Positions 37,601-46,400 of a DNA stretch of 64,000 nucleotides are shown piece by piece. The notes under the pieces were generated by a model that was not told the DNA's origin, ran no database searches, and saw nothing but the letters and a program-made list of their open reading frames with translations. This stretch comes from a virus: IMG/VR virus record IMGVR_UViG_3300035661_000042, positions 1 through 64,000 of that record. One strand, 5' to 3'. The translations under genes were made by a program, and so were the position numbers. Position 1 is the stretch's first letter, and each line of letters begins with the position of its first letter.

Positions 37601-39690
37601 ACCGAACTACCAGCAGTGATAGTTACGTTACCACCACTACCTGATGTTGAACCGTTAGTTGAATTACCACCCAGCAATGAAAGATTTGCGCCAGCAATGC
37701 TATTGCCAGCGCTATTTCCTCCACGAATTGTAACGCCCCCGCCTCTGTATATTGAATCAGCGTGAATAGTTACAACACCCGCATTGCCAGTAGATGACGT
37801 ATCCCCTGACCGTAATGTTAGAGATCCTCCGATATTTGCGCCACCGGCTGTACCACCTGCAATAGTCGTGTTTCCTGCATCACCACCAGAAGTACCGCCA
37901 GCTGTCAGGGTAATATCATTTCCTGTGCCGCTTGATGAAAATCCTGCACTGATTGTCATCGGTGCTGAACTCAATGTTCCAGTTATTCCTGTAAACGTGA
38001 CAGCAGAATTTGCAGTGACCCCGAGTGTAGTTGCATTAGGCAGTGACGAGGATGCAGGTGGGGTTGTCCACGTACCGTTTCCACACCAGAATGTTGTACC
38101 TGATGCAGATGTTCCGCTATTCAGGTTAGTAACTGGTAGATTACCCGACACGTGTGTTGTTAAGTCAACTTTACCCCAGGCAGATACGGTCGTGACACCA
38201 CCAGAAATCAACACGTTACCAGTAGCAACCGACGACAACTTGCCCAATACGTTTGATGCAGTACCTTGTAGTAAGTCACCAACAGCATATGTTGTGATAT
38301 TGGTGCCACCGTTACCAATTTGGAGAGTACCAGTTACATCAGACGTAGAAATGTCAACGTTTGTCCACGTAGTTGTGCCGTTTCCCGCTGCATTGTGGAG
38401 GAATGAGTTTGTTCCACCATTATTCAATGGGAGAGTTAAGTTCCAGTTGGCGCTCGAAGCGCCTGATTGAATTCTTGTGTAATTAACAGTTGATGCGTTT
38501 CTGAATGTAATTTGACCGAGTGCTGTTGAACTTTGACCAAGCTCCAACGAATCCGTTGCAAGAATCGTCAGCTTACCATTCATTGTATCACCGTTGACAG
38601 ACACGCTGTCATATGCAGAAATACGAAGAATCGTTGCTGTTTCAATAACAATAAAGTAAAGGTTACCAGCAATGATACCACCAATAGGAACTGTTGTAAT
38701 TCCCATTGATATTATGATAGCGCCTTGACCAGAAATGTTCATCGTCGGGCTTGTTGCGCTTGAATTGCTGGCAGCCTTAAACACAAACTGTTGTCCAATT
38801 GCTGATGCATACGATGCAATTGCAGGCGACGGAGTAATTGTCAGTGCATTAGCTGTACCACCTGCCGTGCCGCACCATATTAACGGTGAAACACTACCAC
38901 CCGCCGCTGCCCACGTTGGTGTTGCACCTGCACCAGCTGATGACAAAACTTGTCCAGCCGTACCAACACTGCCATTGAGTGTGATTGGTGATGATGCACC
39001 TGACAAAGATAAACCGGCGGCTGCGATTAGTTGACCAGTTCCTGTATTGACAGTTAGGTTTGCACTACCAGCAAGACTTCCACTGCTGTTGAACTGAACT
39101 TGTGTTGTTGAGCCACCAGCCGCCGGCACTGAATTACCATTGAACAAAATAGTAATTGCAATGTTTTTATTGTTACCAAACGTGCCTGAGCCGTCAACGA
39201 ACGTAACGTTGAATGTAAACCATCCTGTATTATCAACTTTTGAAGCTACTGTCCAGCGCTGGAATATAGATGCATCATCCAAATCCTGAATGTACAGCGT
39301 TGATGGAAAGTTTAAGTTATTGAAGTACGTAGTTGCATCGAAGCCACCGCTTGTTAGTGAATCAATATAGATTGCAGTGCTACTTGATAATGTAGCATTA
39401 TTCCATTTCAAATTTCCGGAGCCAGGATCAGTTGCAGCTTGGTTATTAGTTACGCTTTTGTATTTGCCGAGTTGGCTAATACCAGAAGGAAACTGGCTCG
39501 CCCAGACGTTGGAGCTGTTGTATACTTCTAATGAACTTGTGTCAGTATTCCAGCGAATGGATGCAAGGACGGGAGAGCCTGGCCGTTGTGCCGTTGTGCC
39601 AACTGGAAATACAATTGACCCCGTTCCACCAAATGTTACAAATGCTTGGTCGTCAGGGGATATTGTGTCTGTACTGTGGTCAAATTCCAT
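34651..39690 (-). CDS. long Gly/Thr-rich tail-fibre-like protein (1679 aa)
   Basis: PVGTTAQRP..IRWNT N-terminus; glycine-rich (GG.V.I.GG) repeats; duplicated internal modules. Confidence 0.75.
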   Translation of the reverse strand: MEFDHSTDTISPDDQAFVTFGGTGSIVFPVGTTAQRPGSPVLASIRWNTDTSSLEVYNSSNVWASQFPSGISQLGKYKSVTNNQAATDPGSGNLKWNNATLSSSTAIYIDSLTSGGFDATTYFNNLNFPSTLYIQDLDDASIFQRWTVASKVDNTGWFTFNVTFVDGSGTFGNNKNIAITILFNGNSVPAAGGSTTQVQFNSSGSLAGSANLTVNTGTGQLIAAAGLSLSGASSPITLNGSVGTAGQVLSSAGAGATPTWAAAGGSVSPLIWCGTAGGTANALTITPSPAIASYASAIGQQFVFKAASNSSATSPTMNISGQGAIIISMGITTVPIGGIIAGNLYFIVIETATILRISAYDSVSVNGDTMNGKLTILATDSLELGQSSTALGQITFRNASTVNYTRIQSGASSANWNLTLPLNNGGTNSFLHNAAGNGTTTWTNVDISTSDVTGTLQIGNGGTNITTYAVGDLLQGTASNVLGKLSSVATGNVLISGGVTTVSAWGKVDLTTHVSGNLPVTNLNSGTSASGTTFWCGNGTWTTPPASSSLPNATTLGVTANSAVTFTGITGTLSSAPMTISAGFSSSGTGNDITLTAGGTSGGDAGNTTIAGGTAGGANIGGSLTLRSGDTSSTGNAGVVTIHADSIYRGGGVTIRGGNSAGNSIAGANLSLLGGNSTNGSTSGSGGNVTITAGSSVTGGTSGGNVSINGGLTTSGSGGYVVLSTGATSLTERLRILANGAWSIGTGGAATGTSGQLLTSTGATTAPTWQSPAVSVTSNVATANQTTVSGATGAVTIGLASVLIAPGSLQITTSLQTSATNSITAAGTTQGTGTVLTTDYAVVTTTASGTGVVLPAGLAGRTVRVTNRGANALLVYPASGAQIDALGSNVAISVIVNGTLQINAISATQWYTVSNTSAGGSGTVTSVTVTQPGAGITVTNSGVAQTPAATSTIALANDLAAVEGLATTGIAVRTAADTWTTRTLGSGTNITVTNADGVAGAPSIALSGTVGVGNGGTGVTTTPTNGQLLVGNGTTYTVATLGVSTGISITAGAGTLTINNTGVTSNVATANQTTVSAATGAVTVGLSSTLVAPGSLQITTSLQSSATNSITAAGTTQGTGTVLTTDYAVVTTTASGTGVVLPAGLAGRTVRVTNRGANALLAYPASGAQIDALGANVAVTIIANGTLEVTAISATQWYIVSNTVVGGGGAVSSVTGTANQVTSTPTTGAVVVSLPSTLIAPGSVQATGSIIAGTATNSITTTTGTALNVIPGDAANATASGNALTITGGPGGSTSGSGGNIAINGGVPTNGTAGSISLTGANASGSFAGGVSLTAGSGSGTTTGGSISATAGSGGGGTQAGGTITISGGTGGTSGGAGGAVNIAGGAPNIDTGSPLPGTVTVKGGDSYIIGGPGGSVAITGTSASGAGNSAGGSVTLTAGARTGSGTPGVINLIIPTNGSLQLNSSAGTSGQALTSQGATTAPVWASVVTSIAGTANQITMSAATGAVTASFTLPTKATTAASAALNTTATYIAPTTFSIAANTLAVGDTFRITAYGTCTSTVANVTTFTPRLGAAGTTADTALTTLTATAATSGTTVPFVVTLFFVVRAIGASGSVYCYGNLMNNGATGITSAATGNVVNAGGATTINTTGALILGLSHVTAATTTTNTFQSVIVSRI
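36209..37241. repeat. 172-bp direct repeat, identical by eye (36209-36380 and 37070-37241), within the long fibre gene
   Basis: both copies read aacagtgcatttgcaccgcgattcg...gttcgttgcagacg; 861-nt in-frame spacing; flanks similar but diverged. Confidence 0.9.
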
Positions 39691-39702
39691 TATCAGTACT
39701 CA

Positions 39703-42111
39703 TTAGTTCGTGACTTGTGCAGTATCAATTGTTGCAATCCAGCGAATCGTCTTTGCAGCTTCACCAGTTACACGAATTCGCAATGAGCCGTTTGTTGTAT
39801 CAGCGTCAACCACAACGTCCCATGCCGCGTTAGTTTCACCAAGAATTGACTTGACTACTGCGCCGACCAATGTTGTAGAACCAGCTGTTGTATCCTTACG
39901 AATTACACCGTCAAACCTGTAACCAGCGCCACCACCAACCGCATCCGTGCGGCGGGCTGCAACCAACATAGAGAACGTCCACAACGAGTTGTTAGGTATT
40001 ACAACTCGTGTTGCAGAACCATCAAGGAATAGTTCTGTTTGTGTAGCGTTGACCGTAGAATTACGAGCAACAAGCATTAGACGTTGCGCGTCGCCGAGCG
40101 TACCAAATTGACCGTTTGCAAATGCCTTTGCACCGTACAATGATGCAGAAGCACCTGTGCTAACAGCAAATCCGTCAGTCACAGTTGCGGAAGACCCAGA
40201 TCCAAGTGCCACTGTGTTAGTACCTGATGCAACAGGTGCTGTTGGTGTTGATGGGCTTTCGTTGTACAGCTTCAACGCTGTTGCCTGCAAGTCAGCCAGT
40301 ACAAGTTGGCGGAACGTTGGTGCGCCAGTTGAGCCGTTTGGAGCGATGAATACAGTATTTGTCGTCTGCGTAGCCAATGTACCCGTCAGTGTACCGGTGG
40401 TTGTTACTGGTGAACCAGAAACAGTGATAAACGATGGCAGAGACAGGGCGACGGACGTTACCCCAGTATTGGCAATAGAGATTGTGCCGGCACCTGGCGT
40501 TACAGAAATACCTGTACCAGCACTAATTGATGCACGTACTGGTACAGCGCCTGTTGAACCAATCAAAATTTGACCGTCTGTCGCAGCTGCTGTTGAAGAT
40601 ACAAGACCAGCAGCTCCTGAATAGATGAACGAATTTGGAGTCAAGTTATCGACTGTCAACGACGTTGTAACACGAAGTGTACCAGGAGCAATCAACGTCG
40701 AAGACAAACCAATCGTAACAGCGCCAGTTGCGGCAGAAACCGTCGTCTGGTTTGCCGTTGCAACATTTGATGTGACACCAGTGTTGTTGACCTGCAACGT
40801 GCCGGAGCCAGCCGTAATAGAAATACCAGTTCCTGTGCCAAGCGTTGCAACTGTGTAGTTTGTACCGTTACCAACGAGCAATTGACCGTTTGTTGGTGTT
40901 GTTGTTACACCAGTACCGCCAAGCGATACAGCAATAGGAGAGGTGATAGAGAATGTTGTACCAGTCAGTGTCAATCCTGTGCCTGCGCTGTATGTACCAG
41001 CACCAGAGAATTGAACAAAGTTGATTGCTGTTGAGTTGAGTGTACCACCTTGGTCAGATGTACATACCCATCCTGTATCTGCAAACGTTGAACCGCTGGT
41101 TTCCACAAATACGAACGCGTTTGGTACTTCTGTCCACGAATCCATATCTACTGCACGAGTAGGTGCACCTGATGCGTTGACCGTGTAGATACCGTTTTCA
41201 GATGCTGTACCTTGATTCTTGATAAGGATACGATCACCAGTTACCAACGTAATGCCGTCAATCACAGAACCGTTGGCAAATGATGATGCAAGCGTACCGG
41301 ACGCGATTGTCATTGCGCGAACGGATCCCTTTGGATCAAGACCTTGTGCAAGGCTGTCAACGTATGCTTTGGAAGCAGCAGAACCAGCAGTGGTTGGTGT
41401 TGCTGGAAGACCAAGAACTTCACCACCGCCAGAGAACGTCAAGTTCGCAGCGGATGTCATTGAGTCACCAGATACGTTCACATATGTAGAATCAACCAGT
41501 GCTGTAATGTCACCAGCAACAACTGCTGTGTTGTTAATTACACGACCTTTGGTATCGAGTTGAATCTTGACAAACGACGTACCAGTGGCACCCTGTGTAA
41601 CCGTTACAAGGTCGATAGTCGGTGCGCCGGCAACACCGTCGCCGTTCGTGACAGCAATATTTGAACCTGTACCTGTAATCGTGCGGCCAGTATATGTACC
41701 AACAGCTGTGCGGGCAACCATTCCTGTTGTTGCAAGGTTTGATACACCAACCAGTTCAGCGCCAAGCGTTAGTGCAAATGTACCGGTGTTTGTGATCGTC
41801 TGCGTTGTTCCAGCAGATACCAACAATCCAGGGCTGACGGTTGTTACAGTGACTGATGATACAGCGGCACCACCAGTTGCCAGCGTATTCCATCCAGATC
41901 CGTTGTTGTATTCAACAAGGCTTGATGTTGTGTTGAAACGAATTTGACCAGCAGCGTTTGCAGGACGAGCAGCATCTGCACCAAGTGGCAAATACAACGA
42001 ACCCGTACCAGTAATTACCAGCGATTGTGTTCCGCCACCGAGAGGAGGTGCAACAGAAGTATCGATTGTTAATAGGCTATCAATAAAGCCGGTGTCGTGG
42101 TTGAAATTCAT
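39703..42111 (-). CDS. tail-fibre-like protein (802 aa)
   Basis: RPANAAGQIRFNTT, AASKAYVD..GLDPKGSVR, GDRILIKNQ..ENGIY modules; one module shared with the 1679-aa protein. Confidence 0.75.
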   Translation of the reverse strand: MNFNHDTGFIDSLLTIDTSVAPPLGGGTQSLVITGTGSLYLPLGADAARPANAAGQIRFNTTSSLVEYNNGSGWNTLATGGAAVSSVTVTTVSPGLLVSAGTTQTITNTGTFALTLGAELVGVSNLATTGMVARTAVGTYTGRTITGTGSNIAVTNGDGVAGAPTIDLVTVTQGATGTSFVKIQLDTKGRVINNTAVVAGDITALVDSTYVNVSGDSMTSAANLTFSGGGEVLGLPATPTTAGSAASKAYVDSLAQGLDPKGSVRAMTIASGTLASSFANGSVIDGITLVTGDRILIKNQGTASENGIYTVNASGAPTRAVDMDSWTEVPNAFVFVETSGSTFADTGWVCTSDQGGTLNSTAINFVQFSGAGTYSAGTGLTLTGTTFSITSPIAVSLGGTGVTTTPTNGQLLVGNGTNYTVATLGTGTGISITAGSGTLQVNNTGVTSNVATANQTTVSAATGAVTIGLSSTLIAPGTLRVTTSLTVDNLTPNSFIYSGAAGLVSSTAAATDGQILIGSTGAVPVRASISAGTGISVTPGAGTISIANTGVTSVALSLPSFITVSGSPVTTTGTLTGTLATQTTNTVFIAPNGSTGAPTFRQLVLADLQATALKLYNESPSTPTAPVASGTNTVALGSGSSATVTDGFAVSTGASASLYGAKAFANGQFGTLGDAQRLMLVARNSTVNATQTELFLDGSATRVVIPNNSLWTFSMLVAARRTDAVGGGAGYRFDGVIRKDTTAGSTTLVGAVVKSILGETNAAWDVVVDADTTNGSLRIRVTGEAAKTIRWIATIDTAQVTN

Positions 42112-42122
42112 TATTGTGCCTT

Positions 42123-42770
42123 TTAATTGGTTACTTCAAGCGTATCTATCAAGACCGCCCATCTGATTGTTTTTCCAGCTTGTCCGGTGACTTTGATGGT
42201 TAAACTACCGTTTGTTGTATCTGCGGTTGTATTTATATCCCAGGCCGTATTACTTTCAGCAAGAACGGTTTTAACTGGTGTACCTTGAAATGCAACTGAT
42301 GATGCACCAGCACCACGGTAAATTACACCTTCGACTTTGTATCCAGCGTGCCCGTCACTAACATCCGTACGGTGGCCTGTAATTGTTGCTGTGAACGTCC
42401 ACGTGCTATCATCTGGAATTACCAACCGCTCACCACCAGCTGTCCCGTTCAAATACACTTCTGTGTCTGTGCCGTTAACGGTTACAGTTCGAAGAAGGTA
42501 TTTTCCTACTTGAATGTCACCAGTTGACCCAAATCGGCCATTAGCAAATACCAAAGCGCCTCTGTGACGGGCAAGAGACTGATTACCAAGTGCAATGCTG
42601 TTTGTAGCGCCTGTTTCTGTGGTGGCGCCAGGACCAATAGCTACGGAATTATCACCCTGGGCCGCTGGCGGCGTGGGTGTAACTGGTTTTTCTTTGTATA
42701 GTTCGAGCGTAGTGCCACTGCCACCACTACCGGGTGTCGTTGCACCAGAGTTGGCTACGATTACACTCAT
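42123..42770 (-). CDS. virion protein paralogous to the C-terminal domain of 39703..42111 (215 aa)
   Basis: L.LY.E.P.TPT.P.A.G.N.VA.G..FANG.FG..GD.Q..DTTNGSL.I.VTG...KTIRW....DT..VTN in both. Confidence 0.75.
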   Translation of the reverse strand: MSVIVANSGATTPGSGGSGTTLELYKEKPVTPTPPAAQGDNSVAIGPGATTETGATNSIALGNQSLARHRGALVFANGRFGSTGDIQVGKYLLRTVTVNGTDTEVYLNGTAGGERLVIPDDSTWTFTATITGHRTDVSDGHAGYKVEGVIYRGAGASSVAFQGTPVKTVLAESNTAWDINTTADTTNGSLTIKVTGQAGKTIRWAVLIDTLEVTN

Positions 42771-42793
42771 CTATTGATCCTTCCGTATTGGGA

Positions 42794-42846
42794 TATTTAT
42801 GTACTTTGTATTTGACGGTGTTGTGGGTTTTGGGTTAGCATAAATA
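42794..42846. promoter_or_regulatory. back-to-back divergent late promoters (CATAAATA on each strand)
   Basis: TATTTAT at 42794-42800 (minus) and ATAAATA at 42840-42846 (plus), each 21-23 nt from a start codon. Confidence 0.65.
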
Positions 42847-42867
42847 TCCGAAACACAGTGGACCCCT

Positions 42868-43455
42868 ATGGCTATCAAGATTCTTACAGTTCATTTCACA
42901 AATAACGGCAGTCCTGTTACTGGATTGTCTCCAACCGTTGACATTTACGAACTCGATCCGGTTACACCTTCAACGAATACGTTAGTTGTTAGTGCTGGTG
43001 CAACAGTTGAGATTGGTAGTGGTTGGTACAGGTATCAATTCACCACATACGACACAGCAAAAAGCTACGTATTCACGTTTGACGGTGGAGCAGGACTTTC
43101 TGCTTATGAGCGGTACAAAGTAGGCGGAAATGAGACGTATTCAGAAGAAGTTGCTAACGGTGTTTGGGATGAAACTGCAAATACACACGTTCAATCAGGG
43201 TCAACAGGGTTGATTTTGCAACAAACAAAGGCAGATACAGCAAGCATTGTTGTTTCAGAGGTGACAATCGTCACGCTACTGAACCTGTTATTGAAGTATC
43301 AACGCAACAGGACAAAGATCGATTTGGTCAATAGCCAATTGATTATCTATGACAATGATTGCACGACACCGTTAACGACTTTCAACTTGCTTGACTTCAA
43401 CGGTATGCCAAATGTGCAAGAAGTATGCGAAAAAATCCCGCTTACCTGCCCATAA
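42868..43455 (+). CDS. putative virion protein (195 aa)
   Basis: C-terminal VWDE..H..SG.TG..KADTA..LKY..NRTKID..YDND..TP domain shared with 52125..53045. Confidence 0.65.
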   Translation: MAIKILTVHFTNNGSPVTGLSPTVDIYELDPVTPSTNTLVVSAGATVEIGSGWYRYQFTTYDTAKSYVFTFDGGAGLSAYERYKVGGNETYSEEVANGVWDETANTHVQSGSTGLILQQTKADTASIVVSEVTIVTLLNLLLKYQRNRTKIDLVNSQLIIYDNDCTTPLTTFNLLDFNGMPNVQEVCEKIPLTCP

Positions 43456-43490
43456 ATATACAACTAATGTCACGGTAGCAAGGACCCTAA

Positions 43491-46400
43491 ATGGCAGCAA
43501 TTACAGTAATTTCCAGCGGAAACATGGATCAATCACAGAATCCTATTTTCATGGCTACTGGAAATACGACAACAGGAAATCAATCATCACCAGACGCTGT
43601 ATCATGGACAGCGAGAACTTTGCCAAGTGCGATTGCATGGACTGGATTGGCGTACGGCTTGGGATTGGGTGTAGCTATTGGAACTGGCGTTGCTGGATGT
43701 GCTACATCACCTGATGGAACTACTTGGACGGCAAGAACAATGCCAAGCGCAGCTGTCTGGTACGGAGTTGCATTTTCAGGAACCAGATTTGTTGCTGTTG
43801 CTAACGGTAGCACAAGTGCTGCGTATTCAGATGACGGATTCAACTGGACAGCATCAACAATGTCGTTGTCAGCGGCTTGGAAATCGATTGCATACGGTAA
43901 TGGAACGTTTGTTGCGCTTGATAACGTTTCAGGATCCAACTCATTACGCACTTGCACATCTACGAATGGTACTACTTGGGCAAACCAAACTGCGACTATT
44001 ACGTCTACCGGTACTTGGACCAGCATTACTTTTGGTAACGGCAAGTTTGTTGCAGTGTGTTCTGGTGGTACTGTTGCAGCAGAATCAACTGATGGTGTGA
44101 GTTGGACAGCAAGAACGTTACCAAGTTCTAAAAACTGGAATAGCGTATGCTACGGACCAGCGGGATTTGTTGCGATTCCTTCTGATGCTGCAAACACAGC
44201 CGCTGCGTTCTCTGCCGATGGAACAACGTGGGTTGCTACGGTACTTCCAGCATCTACAACGTGGGTTGCTGCTGCGTACGGCTACGGTCGATACGGTGCT
44301 GTATCTTTGAGTACAACCAATGCTGCATCCTCGTTTGATGGAAAGATTTGGACAGCCCGCACGCAAGTGTCTAATGCATATGTTGCTTGTCAATTCTTTC
44401 CGTTCACGTGGAATAGTGCTGATACACTAACGATTAACAACGGTGCAACGGTAACTGTTAATACCGACCAACCGAAGTTCTGGAACACGATTGCGATTAC
44501 CAACGGAAGACTTGCAATTGCTAATGCGGGGACAACCCTTGGAAGCGCAATTACATTCAGTATGGGACGTGTAACTGGTGCAACAGCAAACACGATTACT
44601 CCGGGCTCTGGTCTTGGCTCTATTACAATCAATGGCGACTGGATTAGCCTTGCGACTGGTAGCGGAGCTGCAAATCAAAGCGTAACAACGCCGTACACAG
44701 ACTACATTGCTGCTCTATGGATAGAAACTGTGTCAGGTAGTGGTGTATATGAAATGTGGCTGAATGCGACAGGAGCTTATGGCAGCACAACTCCTGTGTT
44801 TAACAACGGATTGAGTGCGGTCAGTACAGGCAACCGAGGAAAGTTCTTCAAGCAAACATCAAATGGAACATCTGGGTTTGATGGTCCTCTTACATTAACA
44901 ACTGCGTCTGGTGTTGCAGCAACGAGAATCATTACAGTAACCAGTACAACAAATCTGATACCTGGTGCATCAGTAACAGGTACTGGTCTTACAGCTAACT
45001 CTGTTGTTCAAAGAATCATTTCAGCAACACAGTTTGAAGTAAATTTAATCACATCTGGCGCTGTTTCTGGCTCATTAACGGCATATAACCCATATAGAAG
45101 CCAACTAACCAATCAAGTAATATTTGGTGATGGTACAAACGGAAACTTGGTTCCAACGGGTGCAAATATCAGAATTCCTAACATTCTGATTACTGATTTG
45201 ACAGCTGGTAACATTCAAACAGCATCTGGTATATTGAGCACCAGCATTGTTATGACGAACGGTGGTACGATTCAAGCAAACATTTGCTTGTTTGATGAAT
45301 CATACAACAACTTTTCCCAGGCAAATAGCGTATCACTGACGAACGTTGGATTTAGTTTGCCGTTTCTGATTTCAGAATGCTATCAGTTTACTGCAACAAA
45401 CCTTGCTTTTGCGTTGACACCAGTGCGCCGGTTTTATCCTGGTACATTTTGGACGCCAAGGGACAACAGAACAGGATATGCGTTAGCGTGGTCGTATATT
45501 TCAAACGCAAATATCCAAACATTCAAAATGGCCAACAATTGTGGGTCGGGATACATTGCTGCCGCTGCATCCGCTACTGCACCTGGTGCTCATATTTCTT
45601 TGTCATATACATCTGCTGCAACGTTCAATAACTGTGATTTGTTCTCGTTTAACGGAGCAAAGGCATCTGGATCAGTTGGCATTTCAGCAACTCTGGGCGT
45701 AATCAATTGCAACTTCACAAATTTTGGTTTGTATGGTTGCCAACCACTAAACTTACAAACATCATCTGGTAACAAAATGACGAATATCAGGCACAGTTCT
45801 GATATGTTCAATGGTGTAACTACGCTGACAACTACACAGTTTAGATTGTACAACGATCCAAGTACTGGTGCAGCACTTGTCGACAATACCACGTACTTTT
45901 TGAAAGTACGTTCGTTTAGAACGTGGAATGATCGGTCGCAATATTTTGAAGGTTCATTGGTGTCATTTGCCACCCAAAACGGCAATAAGTTGCTAAATGT
46001 TCCGAGGGTATCAGCAATCTCAACTGCGGCTAATACTGTTAGACTGGACTGGGAACAGAAAAGCCCAGCAGCCGTTGTTGCAATATATGAGGTATACCGC
46101 GGAACGTCGGCTGGATTTGCAAAATCCGGCGCTGCTCGTCTGACAAATATCGTTGCCGCTGCTACGATTACATACGTAGATGCAACCGCAACTACTGGTA
46201 CGACATACTACTATGCTCTTCGTAAGCATTCCCTCCAATATGCGACAATTGTTGCAAGCGGTGGTGCGTCAGGAGCATTTACGATTACCAGTGCGTCAAA
46301 TATGCGAACGGCTCTTGGAACAACTGGCAACGTTGCAACAGGTAAGACTGGTAGCACAAAGATATTGTTTGCGCCGGGTTACGTAGCAACAACTACGCTT

